A program made the translations under genes and the position numbers. Positions 41,101-55,100 of a stretch of DNA of 64,000 nucleotides are shown piece by piece. The stretch is from Auanema rhodensis (taxonomy: Eukaryota; Animalia; Nematoda), in assembly GCA_964057225.1 (NCBI GenBank), contig OZ059897.1, forward strand, positions 372,001 through 436,000. The letters are read 5' to 3'. The notes beneath the pieces were generated by a model. The model searched no databases, was not told the origin of the DNA, and saw only the letters and a list, made by a program, of their open reading frames with translations. Positions within the stretch are counted from its first letter, which is position 1. Each line of letters begins with the position of its first letter.

Positions 41101-43161
41101 TCTTCGTCTTGAAAAAAGGAATCTAAAAACATCTACTTTTTGTGAAATTCTTTTGAAATTTTTCGGGAAACTTTTTGTCAAAATGTTTTTGGAAGCAATG
41201 TTGAGTGTACATGGAAACTCAACATACACTAATGCATCATTTTTCAAACGATCATAACTAATTTTTGTATTGAGCTTTTCTCAATGTAGTATAGTGCATT
41301 CGATGCGGATTTTTAAGCTGCGTCGATCTGTGTTATCAGATTTGCGCTAGCTTAAAAATACACCGAGATATCAACTGATATAGGTTCACATTTATATCCT
41401 CGATTTTCACCGTGAAGAATTAATTTTTTTGTTGAATAACAATGTCCATCGTCTTTGTCTTGAAAAAAGGAATCTAAAAACATCTACTTTTTGTGAAATT
41501 ATTTTGAAATTTTTCGGGAAACTTTTTGTCAAAATGTTTTTGGAAGCAATGTTGAGTGTACATGGAAACTCAACATACACTAATGCATCATTTTTCAAAC
41601 GATCATAACTAATTTTTGTATTGAGCGTTTCTCCATGTAGTATAGTGCATTCGATGCGGATTTTTAAGATGCGTCGATCTGTGTTATCAGATTTGCGCTA
41701 GCTTGAAAATGCACCGAGATATCAACTGATTTAGGTTCACACTTATATCCTCGATTTTCACCGTGAAGAATTAATTTTTTTGTTGAATAACAATGTCCAT
41801 CGTCTTTGTCTTGAAAAAAGGAATCTAAAAACATCTACTTTTTGTGAAATTATGTTGAAATTTTTCGGGAAACTTTTTGTCAAAATGTTTTTGGAAGCAA
41901 TGTTGAGTGTACATGGAAACTCAACATACACTAATGCATCATTTTTCAAACGATCATAACTAATTTTTGTATTGAGCGTTTCTTAATGTAGTATAGTGCA
42001 TTCGATGCGGATTTTTAAGCTGCGTCGATCTGTGTTATCAGATTTGCGCTAGCTTGAAAATGCACCGAGATATCAACTGATATAGGTTCACACTTATATC
42101 CTCGATTTTCACCGTGAAGAATTAATTTTTTTGTTGAATAACAATGTCCATCGTCTTTGTCTTGAAAAAAGGAATCTAAAAACATCTACTTTTTGTGAAA
42201 TTCTTTTGAAATTTTTCGGGAAACTTTTTGTCAAAATGTTTTTGGAAGCAATGTTGAGTGTACATGGAAACTCAACATACACTAATGCATCATTTTTCAA
42301 ACGATCATAACTAATTTTTGTATTGAGCTTTTCTCAATGTAGTATAGTGCATTCGATGCGGATTTTTAAGCTGCGTCGATCTGTGTTATCAGATTTGCGC
42401 TAGCTTGAAAATGCACCGAGATATCAACTGATATAGGTTCACACTTATATCCTCGATTTTCACCGTGAAGAATTAATTTTTTTGTTGAATAACAATGTCC
42501 ATCGTCTTTTTCTTGAAAAAAGGAATCTAAAAACATCTACTTTTTGTGAAATTCTTTTGAAATTTTTCGGGAAACTTTTTGTCAAAATGTTTTTGGAAGC
42601 AATGTTGAGTGTACATGGAAACTCAACATACACTAATGCATCATTTTTCAAACGATCATAACTAATTTTTGTATTGAGCTTTTCTCAATGTAGTATAGTG
42701 CATTCGATGCGGATTTTTAAGCTGCGTCGATCTGTGTTATCAGATTTGCGCTAGCTTGAAAATGCACCGAGATATCAACTGATATAGGTTCACACTTATA
42801 TCCTCGATTTTCACCGTGAAGAATTAATTTTTTTGTTGAATAACAATGTCCATCGTCTTTGTCTTGAAAAAAGGAATCTAAAAACATCTACTTTTTGTGA
42901 AATTCTTTTGAAATTTTTCGGGAAACTTTTTGTCAAAATGTTTTTGGAAGCAATGTTGAGTGTACATGGAAACTCAACATACACTAATGCATCATTTTTC
43001 AAACGATCATAACTAATTTTTGTATTGAGCTTTTCTCAATGTAGTATAGTGCATTCGATGCGGATTTTTAAGCTGCGTCGATCTGTGTTATCAGATTTGC
43101 GCTAGCTTGAAAATGCACCGAGATATCAACTGATATAGGTTCACACTTATATCCTCGATTT

Positions 43162-46100
43162 TCACCGTGAAGAATTAATTTTTTTGTTGAATAACAATGT
43201 CCATCGTCTTTTTCTTGAAAAAAGGAATCTAAAAACATCTACTTTTTGTGAAATTCTTTTGAAATTTTTCGGGAAACTTTTTGTCAAAATGTTTTTGGAA
43301 GCAATGTTGAGTGTACATGGAAACTCAACATACACTAATGCATCATTTTTCAAACGATCATAACTAATTTTTGTATTGAGCTTTTCTCAATGTAGTATAG
43401 TGCATTCGATGCGGATTTTTAAGCTGCGTCGATCTGTGTTATCAGATTTGCGCTAGCTTGAAAATGCACCGAGATATCAACTGATATAGGTTCACACTTA
43501 TATCCTCGATTTTCACCGTGAAGAATTAATTTTTTTGTTGAATAACATTGTCCATCGTCTTTGTCTTGAAAAAAGGAATCTAAAAACATCTACTTTTTGT
43601 GAAATTATTTTGAAATTTTTCGGGAAACTTTTTGTCAAAATGTTTTTGGAAGCATTGTTGAGTGTACATGGAAACTCAACATACACTAATGCATCATTTT
43701 TCAAACGATCATAACTAATTTTTGTATTGAGCGTTTCTTTATGTAGTATAGTGCATTCGATGCGGATTTTTAAGCTGCGTCGATCTGTGTTATCAGATTT
43801 GCGCTAGCTTGAAAATGCACCGAGATATCAACTGATATAGGTTCACACTTATATCCTCGATTTTCACCGTGAAGAATTAATTTTTTTGTTGAATAACATT
43901 GTCCATCGTCTTTGTCTTGAAAAAAGGAATCTAAAAACATCTACTTTTTGTGAAATTCTTTTGAAATTTTTCGGGAAACTTTTTGTCAAAATGTTTTTGG
44001 AAGCAATGTTGAGTGTACATGGAAACTCAACATACACTAATGCATCATTTTTCAAACGATCATAACTAATTTTTGTATTGAGCTTTTCTCAATGTAGTAT
44101 AGTGCATTCGATGCGGATTTTTAAGCTGCGTCGATCTGTGTTATCAGATTTGCGCTAGCTTTAAAATACACCGAGATATCAACTGATATAGGTTCACATT
44201 TATATCCTCGATTTTCACCGTGAAGAATTAATTTTTTTGTTGAATAACAATGTCCATCGTCTTTGTCTTGAAAAAAGGAATCTAAAAACATCTACTTTTT
44301 GTGAAATTCTTTTGAAATTTTTCGGGAAACTTTTTGTCAAAATGTTTTTGGAAGCAATGTTGAGTGTACATGGAAACTCAACATACACTAATGCATCATT
44401 TTTCAAACGATCATAACTAATTTTTGTATTGAGCTTTTCTCAATGTAGTATAGTGCATTCGATGCGGATTTTTAAGCTGCGTCGATCTGTGTTATCAGAT
44501 TTGCGCTAGCTTTAAAATACACCGAGATATCAACTGATATAGGTTCACATTTATATCCTCGATTTTCACCGTGAAGAATTAATTTTTTTGTTGAATAACA
44601 ATGTCCATCGTCTTTGTCTTGAAAAAAGGAATCTAAAAACATCTACTTTTTGTGAAATTATGTTGAAATTTTTCGGGAAACTTTTTGTCAAAATGTTTTT
44701 GGAAGCAATGTTGAGTGTACATGGAAACTCAACATACACTAATGCATCATTTTTCAAACGATCATAACTAATTTTTGTATTGAGCTTTTCTCAATGTAGT
44801 ATAGTGCATTCGATGCGGATTTTTAAGCTGCGTCGATCTGTTTTATCAGATTTGCGCTAGCTTAAAAATACACCGAGATATCAACTGATATAGGTTCACA
44901 TTTATATCCTCGATTTTCACCGTGAAGAATTAATTTTTTTGTTGAATAACAATGTCCATCGTCTTTGTCTTGAAAAAAGGAATCTAAAAACATCTACTTT
45001 TTGTGAACTTATGTTGAAATTTTTCGGGAAACTTTTTGTCAAAATGTTTTTGGAAGCAATGTTGAGTGTACATGGAAACTCAACATACACTAATGCATCA
45101 TTTTTCAAACGATCATAACTAATTTTTGTATTGAGCGTTTCTTAATGTAGTATAGTGCATTCGATGCGGATTTTTAAGCTGCGTCGATCTGTGTTATCAG
45201 ATTTGCGCTAGCTTGAAAATGCACCGAGATATCAACTGATATAGGTTCACATTTATATCCTCGATTTTCACCGTGCAGAATTAATTTTTTTGTTGAATAA
45301 CAATGTCCATCGTCTTTGTCTTGAAAAAAGGAATCTAAAAACATCTACTTTTTGTGAAATTATTTTGAAATTTTTCGGGAAACTTTTTGTCAAAATGTTT
45401 TTGGAAGCAATGTTGAGTGTACATGGAAACTCAACATACACTAATGCATCATTTTTCAAACGATCATAACTAATTTTTGTATTGAGCGTTTCTTAATGTA
45501 GTATAGTGCATTCGATGCGGATTTTTAAGCTGCGTCGATCTGTTTTATCAGATTTGCGCTAGCTTAAAAATACACCGAGATATCAACTGATATAGGTTCA
45601 CACTTATATCCTCGATTTTCACCGTGAAGAATTAATTTTTTTGTTGAATAACATTGTCCATCGTCTTTGTCTTGAAAAAAGGAATCTAAAAACATCTACT
45701 TTTTGTGAAATTATTTTGAAATTTTTCGGGAAACTTTTTGTCAAAATGTTTTTGGAAGCAATGTTGAGTGTACATGGAAACTCAACATACACTAATGCAT
45801 CATTTTTCAAACGATCATAACTAATTTTTGTATTGAGCGTTTCTTTATGTAGTATAGTGCATTCGATGCGGATTTTTAAGCTGCGTCGATCTGTGTTATC
45901 AGATTTGCGCTAGCTTGAAAATGCACCGAGATATCAACTGATATAGGTTCACACTTATATCCTCGATTTTCACCGTGAAGAATTAATTTTTTTGTTGAAT
46001 AACAATGTCCATCGTCTTTTTCTTGAAAAAAGGAATCTAAAAACATCTACTTTTTGTGAAATTCTTTTGAAATTTTTCGGGAAACTTTTTGTCAAAATGT

Positions 46101-49100
46101 TTTTGGAAGCAATGTTGAGTGTACATGGAAACTCAACATACACTAATGCATCATTTTTCAAACGATCATAACTAATTTTTGTATTGAGCTTTTCTCAATG
46201 TAGTATAGTGCATTCGATGCGGATTTTTAAGCTGCGTCGATCTGTGTTATCAGATTTGCGCTAGCTTGAAAATGCACCGAGATATCAACTGATATAGGTT
46301 CACACTTATATCCTCGATTTTCACCGTGAAGAATTAATTTTTTTGTTGAATAACATTGTCCATCGTCTTTGTCTTGAAAAAAGGAATCTAAAAACATCTA
46401 CTTTTTGTGAAATTATTTTGAAATTTTTCGGGAAAATTTTTGTCAAAATGTTTTTGGAAGCATTGTTGAGTGTACATGGAAACTCAACATACACTAATGC
46501 ATCATTTTTCAAACGATCATAACTAATTTTTGTATTGAGCGTTTCTTTATGTAGTATAGTGCATTCGATGCGGATTTTTAAGCTGCGTCGATCTGTGTTA
46601 TCAGATTTGCGCTAGCTTGAAAATGCACCGAGATATCAACTGATATAGGTTCACACTTATATCCTCGATTTTCACCGTGAAGAATTAATTTTTTTGTTGA
46701 ATAACATTGTCCATCGTCTTTGTCTTGAAAAAAGGAATCTAAAAACATCTACTTTTTGTGAAATTCTTTTGAAATTTTTCGGGAAACTTTTTGTCAAAAT
46801 GTTTTTGGAAGCAATGTTGAGTGTACATGGAAACTCAACATACACTAATGCATCATTTTTCAAACGATCATAACTGATTTTTGTATTGAGCTTTTCTCAA
46901 TGTAGTATAGTGCATTCGATGCGGATTTTTAAGCTGCGTCGATCTGTGTTATCAGATTTGCGCTAGCTTTAAAATACACCGAGATATCAACTGATATAGG
47001 TTCACATTTATATCCTCGATTTTCACCGTGAAGAATTAATTTTTTTGTTGAATAACAATGTCCATCGTCTTTGTCTTGAAAAAAGGAATCTAAAAACATC
47101 TACTTTTTGTGAAATTCTTTTGAAATTTTTCGGGAAACTTTTTGTCAAAATGTTTTTGGAAGCAATGTTGAGTGTACATGGAAACTCAGCATACACTAAT
47201 GCATCATTTTTCAAACGATCATAACTAATTTTTGTATTGAGCTTTTCTCAATGTAGTATAGTGCATTCGATGCGGATTTTTAAGCTGCGTCGATCTGTGT
47301 TATCAGATTTGCGCTAGCTTGAAAATGCACCGAGATATCAACTGATATAGGTTCACACTTATATCCTCGATTTTCACCGTGAAGAATTAATTTTTTCGTT
47401 GAATAACATTGTCCATCGTCTTCGCCTTGAAAAAAGAAATCTAAAAACATCTACTTTTAGTAAAATTATCTTGAAATTTTTCAGGAAAATTTTTGTCAAA
47501 ATGTTTTTGGAAGCAATGTTGAGTGTACATGGAAACTCAACATACACTAATGCATCATTTTTCAAACGATCATAACTAATTTTTGTATTGAGCTTTTCTC
47601 AATGTAGTATAGTGCATTCGATGCGGATTTTTAAGCTGCGTCGATCTGTGTTATCAGATTTGCGCTAGCTTGAAAATGCACCGAGATATCAACTGATATA
47701 GGTTCACACTTATATCCTCGATTTTCACCGTGAAGAATTAATTTTTTTGTTGAATAACATTGTCCATCGTCTTTGTCTTGAAAAAAGGAATCTAAAAACA
47801 TCTACTTTTTGTGAAATTATTTTGAAATTTTTCGGGAAAATTTTTGTCAAAATGTTTTTGGAAGCATTGTTGAGTGTACATGGAAACTCAACATACACTA
47901 ATGCATCATTTTTCAAACGATCATAACTAATTTTTGTATTGAGCGTTTCTTTATGTAGTATAGTGCATTCGATGCGGATTTTTAAGCTGCGTCGATCTGT
48001 GTTATCAGATTTGCGCTAGCTTGAAAATGCACCGAGATATCAACTGATATAGGTTCACACTTATATCCTCGATTTTCACCGTGAAGAATTAATTTTTTTG
48101 TTGAATAACATTGTCCATCGTCTTTGTCTTGAAAAAAGGAATCTAAAAACATCTACTTTTTGTGAAATTCTTTTGAAATTTTTCGGGAAACTTTTTGTCA
48201 AAATGTTTTTGGAAGCAATGTTGAGTGTACATGGAAACTCAACATACACTAATGCATCATTTTTCAAACGATCATAACTGATTTTTGTATTGAGCTTTTC
48301 TCAATGTAGTATAGTGCATTCGATGCGGATTTTTAAGCTGCGTCGATCTGTGTTATCAGATTTGCGCTAGCTTTAAAATACACCGAGATATCAACTGATA
48401 TAGGTTCACATTTATATCCTCGATTTTCACCGTGAAGAATTAATTTTTTTGTTGAATAACAATGTCCATCGTCTTTGTCTTGAAAAAAGGAATCTAAAAA
48501 CATCTACTTTTTGTGAAATTCTTTTGAAATTTTTCGGGAAACTTTTTGTCAAAATGTTTTTGGAAGCAATGTTGAGTGTACATGGAAACTCAGCATACAC
48601 TAATGCATCATTTTTCAAACGATCATAACTAATTTTTGTATTGAGCTTTTCTCAATGTAGTATAGTGCATTCGATGCGGATTTTTAAGTTGCGTCGATCT
48701 GTGTTATCAGATTTGCGCTAGCTTGAAAATGCACCGAGATATCAACTGATATAGGTTCACACTTATATCCTCGATTTTCACCGTGAAGAATTAATTTTTT
48801 TGTTGAATAACATTGTCCATCGTCTTTGTCTTGAAAAAAGGAATCTAAAAACATCTACTTTTTGTGAAATTATTTTGAAATTTTTCGGGAAAATTTTTGT
48901 CAAAATGTTTTTGGAAGCATTGTTGAGTGTACATGGAAACTCAACATACACTAATGCATCATTTTTCAAACGATCATAACTAATTTTTGTTGTGAGCGTT
49001 TCTTTATGTAGTATAGTGCATTCGATGCGGATTTTTAAGCTGCGTCGATCTGTGTTATCAGATTTGCGCTAGCTTGAAAATGCACCGAGATATCAACTGA

Positions 49101-52100
49101 TATAGGTTCACACTTATATCCTCGATTTTCACCGTGAAGAATTAATTTTTTTGTTGAATAACAATGTCCATCGTCTTTGTCTTGAAAAAAGGAATCTAAA
49201 AACATCTACTTTTTGTGAAATTCTTTTGAAATTTTTCGGGAAACTTTTTGTCAAAATGTTTTTGGAAGCAATGTTGAGTGTACATGGAAACTCAACATAC
49301 ACTAATGCATCATTTTTCAAACGATCATAACTAATTTTTGTATTGAGCTTTTCTCAATGTAGTATAGTGCATTCGATGCGGATTTTTAAGCTGCGTCGAT
49401 CTGTGTTATCAGATTTGCGCTAGCTTTAAAATACACCGAGATATCAACTGATATAGGTTCACATTTATATCCTCGATTTTCACCGTGAAGAATTAATTTT
49501 TTTGTTGAATAACAATGTCCATCGTCTTTGTCTTGAAAAAAGGAATCTAAAAACATCTACTTTTTGTGAAATTATGTTGAAATTTTTCGGGAAACTTTTT
49601 GTCAAAATGTTTTTGGAAGCAATGTTGAGTGTACATGGAAACTCAACATACACTAATGCATCATTTTTCAAACGATCATAACTAATTTTTGTATTGAGCG
49701 TTTCTTAATGTAGTATAGTGCATTCGATGCGGATTTTTAAGCTGCGTCGATCTGTGTTATCAGATTTGCGCTAGCTTGAAAATGCACCGAGATATCAACT
49801 GATATAGGTTCACACTTATATCCTCGATTTTCACCGTGCAGAATTAATTTTTTTGTTGAATAACAATGTCCATCGTCTTTATCTTGAAAAAAGGAATCTA
49901 AAAACATCTACTTTTTGTGAAATTATTTTGAAATTTTTCGGGAAAATTTTTGTCAAAATGTTTTTGGAAGCAATGTTGAGTGTACATGGAAACTCAACAT
50001 ACACTAATGCATCATTTTTCAAACGATCATAACTAATTTTTGTATTGAGCTTTTCTCAATGTAGTATAGTGCATTCGATGCGGATTTTTAAGCTGCGTCG
50101 ATCTGTGTTATCAGATTTGCGCTAGCTTAAAATTGCACCGAGATATCAACTGATATAGGTTCACATTTATATCCTCGATTTTCACCGTGAAGAATTAATT
50201 TTTTTGTTGAATAACAATGTCCATCGTCTTTGTCTTGAAAAAAGGAATCTAAAAACATCTACTTTTTGTGAAATTATGTTGAAATTTTTCGGGAAACTTT
50301 TTGTCAAAATGTTTTTGGAAGCAATGTTGAGTGTACATGGAAACTCAACATACACTAATGCATCATTTTTCAAACGATCATAACTAATTTTTGTATTGAG
50401 CGTTTCTTAATGTAGTATAGTGCATTCGATGCGGATTTTTAAGCTGCGTCGATCTGTGTTATCAGATTTGCGCTAGCTTGAAAATGCACCGAGATATCAA
50501 CTGATATAAAGTTCACACTTATATCCTCGATTTTCACCCTGAAGAATTAATTTTTTCGTTGAATAACAATGTCCATCGTCTTTTTCTTGAAAAAAGGAAT
50601 CTAAAAACATCTACTTTTTGTGAAATTCTTTTGAAATTTTTCGGGAAACTTTTTGTCAAAATGTTTTTGGAAGCAATGTTGAGTGTACATGGAAACTCAA
50701 CATACACTAATGCATCATTTTTCAAACGATCATAACTAATTTTTGTATTGAGCTTTTCTCAATGTAGTATAGTGCATTCGATGCGGATTTTTAAGCTGCG
50801 TCGATCTGTGTTATCAGATTTGCGCTAGCTTGAAAATGCACCGAGATATCAACTGATATAGGTTCACACTTATATCCTCGATTTTCACCGTGAAGAATTA
50901 ATTTTTTTGTTGAATAACATTGTCCATCGTCTTTGTCTTGAAAAAAGGAATCTAAAAACATCTACTTTTTGTGAAATTATTTTGAAATTTTTCGGGAAAA
51001 TTTTTGTCAAAATGTTTTTGGAAGCATTGTTGAGTGTACATGGAAACTCAACATACACTAATGCATCATTTTTCAAACGATCATAACTAATTTTTGTATT
51101 GAGCGTTTCTTCATGTAGTATAGTGCATTCGATGCGGATTTTTAAGCTGCGTCGATCTGTGTTATCAGATTTGCGCTAGCTTGAAAATGCACCGAGATAT
51201 CAACTGATATAGGTTCACACTTATATCCTCGATTTTCACCGTGAAGAATTAATTTTTTTGTTGAATAACATTGTCCATCGTCTTTGTCTTGAAAAAAGGA
51301 ATCTAAAAACATCTACTTTTTGTGAAATTCTTTTGAAATTTTTCGGGAAACTTTTTGTCAAAATGTTTTTGGAAGCAATGTTGAGTGTACATGGAAACTC
51401 AACATACACTAATGCATCATTTTTCAAACGATCATAACTAATTTTTGTATTGAGCTTTTCTCAATGTAGTATAGTGCATTCGATGCGGATTTTTAAGCTG
51501 CGTCGATCTGTGTTATCAGATTTGCGCTAGCTTTAAAATACACCGAGATATCAACTGATATAGGTTCACATTTATATCCTCGATTTTCACCGTGAAGAAT
51601 TAATTTTTTTGTTGAATAACAATGTCCATCGTCTTTGTCTTGAAAAAAGGAATCTAAAAACATCTACTTTTTGTGAAATTCTTTTGAAATTTTTCGGGAA
51701 ACTTTTTGTCAAAATGTTTTTGGAAGCAATGTTGAGTGTACATGGAAACTCAACATACACTAATGCATCATTTTTCAAACGATCATAACTAATTTTTGTA
51801 TTGAGCTTTTCTCAATGTAGTATAGTGCATTCGATGCGGATTTTTAAGCTGCGTCGATCTGTGTTATCAGATTTGCGCTAGCTTTAAAATACACCGAGAT
51901 ATCAACTGATATAGGTTCACATTTATATCCTCGATTTTCACCGTGAAGAATTAATTTTTTTGTTGAATAACAATGTCCATCGTCTTTGTCTTGAAAAAAG
52001 GAATCTAAAAACATCTACTTTTTGTGAAATTATGTTGAAATTTTTCGGGAAACTTTTTGTCAAAATGTTTTTGGAAGCAATGTTGAGTGTACATGGAAAC

Positions 52101-55100
52101 TCAACATACACTAATGCATCATTTTTCAAACGATCATAACTAATTTTTGTATTGAGCTTTTCTCAATGTAGTATAGTGCATTCGATGCGGATTTTTAAGC
52201 TGCGTCGATCTGTTTTATCAGATTTGCGCTAGCTTAAAAATACACCGAGATATCAACTGATATAGGTTCACATTTATATCCTCGATTTTCACCGTGAAGA
52301 ATTAATTTTTTTGTTGAATAACAATGTCCATCGTCTTTGTCTTGAAAAAAGGAATCTAAAAACATCTACTTTTTGTGAACTTATGTTGAAATTTTTCGGG
52401 AAACTTTTTGTCAAAATGTTTTTGGAAGCAATGTTGAGTGTACATGGAAACTCAACATACACTAATGCATCATTTTTCAAACGATCATAACTAATTTTTG
52501 TATTGAGCGTTTCTTAATGTAGTATAGTGCATTCGATGCGGATTTTTAAGCTGCGTCGATCTGTGTTATCAGATTTGCGCTAGCTTGAAAATGCACCGAG
52601 ATATCAACTGATATAGGTTCACATTTATATCCTCGATTTTCACCGTGCAGAATTAATTTTTTTGTTGAATAACAATGTCCATCGTCTTTGTCTTGAAAAA
52701 AGGAATCTAAAAACATCTACTTTTTGTGAAATTATGTTGAAATTTTTCGGGAAACTTTTTGTCAAAATGTTTTTGGAAGCAATGTTGAGTGTACATGGAA
52801 ACTCAACATACACTAATGCATCATTTTTCAAACGATCATAACTAATTTTTGTATTGAGCGTTTCTTAATGTAGTATAGTGCATTCGATGCGGATTTTTAA
52901 GCTGCGTCGATCTGTTTTATCAGATTTGCGCTAGCTTAAAAATACACCGAGATATCAACTGATATAGGTTCACACTTATATCCTCGATTTTCACCGTGAA
53001 GAATTAATTTTTTTGTTGAATAACATTGTCCATCGTCTTTGTCTTGAAAAAAGGAATCTAAAAACATCTACTTTTTGTGAAATTATTTTGAAATTTTTCG
53101 GGAAACTTTTTGTCAAAATGTTTTTGGAAGCAATGTTGAGTGTACATGGAAACTCAACATACACTAATGCATCATTTTTCAAACGATCATAACTAATTTT
53201 TGTATTGAGCGTTTCTTTATGTAGTATAGTGCATTCGATGCGGATTTTTAAGCTGCGTCGATCTGTGTTATCAGATTTGCGCTAGCTTGAAAATGCACCG
53301 AGATATCAACTGATATAGGTTCACACTTATATCCTCGATTTTCACCGTGAAGAATTAATTTTTTTGTTGAATAACAATGTCCATCGTCTTTTTCTTGAAA
53401 AAAGGAATCTAAAAACATCTACTTTTTGTGAAATTCTTTTGAAATTTTTCGGGAAACTTTTTGTCAAAATGTTTTTGGAAGCAATGTTGAGTGTACATGG
53501 AAACTCAACATACACTAATGCATCATTTTTCAAACGATCATAACTAATTTTTGTATTGAGCTTTTCTCAATGTAGTATAGTGCATTCGATGCGGATTTTT
53601 AAGCTGCGTCGATCTGTGTTATCAGATTTGCGCTAGCTTGAAAATGCACCGAGATATCAACTGATATAGGTTCACACTTATATCCTCGATTTTCACCGTG
53701 AAGAATTAATTTTTTTGTTGAATAACATTGTCCATCGTCTTTGTCTTGAAAAAAGGAATCTAAAAACATCTACTTTTTGTGAAATTATTTTGAAATTTTT
53801 CGGGAAAATTTTTGTCAAAATGTTTTTGGAAGCATTGTTGAGTGTACATGGAAACTCAACATACACTAATGCATCATTTTTCAAACGATCATAACTAATT
53901 TTTGTATTGAGCGTTTCTTTATGTAGTATAGTGCATTCGATGCGGATTTTTAAGCTGCGTCGATCTGTGTTATCAGATTTGCGCTAGCTTGAAAATGCAC
54001 CGAGATATCAACTGATATAGGTTCACACTTATATCCTCGATTTTCACCGTGAAGAATTAATTTTTTTGTTGAATAACATTGTCCATCGTCTTTGTCTTGA
54101 AAAAAGGAATCTAAAAACATCTACTTTTTGTGAAATTCTTTTGAAATTTTTCGGGAAACTTTTTGTCAAAATGTTTTTGGAAGCAATGTTGAGTGTACAT
54201 GGAAACTCAACATACACTAATGCATCATTTTTCAAACGATCATAACTGATTTTTGTATTGAGCTTTTCTCAATGTAGTATAGTGCATTCGATGCGGATTT
54301 TTAAGCTGCGTCGATCTGTGTTATCAGATTTGCGCTAGCTTGAAAATGCACCGAGATATCAACTGATATAGGTTCACACTTATATCCTCGATTTTCACCG
54401 TGAAGAATTAATTTTTTTGTTGAATAACATTGTCCATCGTCTTTGTCTTGAAAAAAGGAATCTAAAAACATCTACTTTTTGTGAAATTATTTTGAAATTT
54501 TTCGGGAAAATTTTTGTCAAAATGTTTTTGGAAGCATTGTTGAGTGTACATGGAAACTCAACATACACTAATGCATCATTTTTCAAACGATCATAACTAA
54601 TTTTTGTATTGAGCGTTTCTTTATGTAGTATAGTGCATTCGATGCGGATTTTTAAGCTGCGTCGATCTGTGTTATCAGATTTGCGCTAGCTTGAAAATGC
54701 ACCGAGATATCAACTGATATAGGTTCACACTTATATCCTCGATTTTCACCGTGAAGAATTAATTTTTTTGTTGAATAACATTGTCCATCGTCTTTGTCTT
54801 GAAAAAAGGAATCTAAAAACATCTACTTTTTGTGAAATTCTTTTGAAATTTTTCGGGAAACTTTTTGTCAAAATGTTTTTGGAAGCAATGTTGAGTGTAC
54901 ATGGAAACTCAACATACACTAATGCATCATTTTTCAAACGATCATAACTGATTTTTGTATTGAGCTTTTCTCAATGTAGTATAGTGCATTCGATGCGGAT
55001 TTTTAAGCTGCGTCGATCTGTGTTATCAGATTTGCGCTAGCTTTAAAATACACCGAGATATCAACTGATATAGGTTCACATTTATATCCTCGATTTTCAC

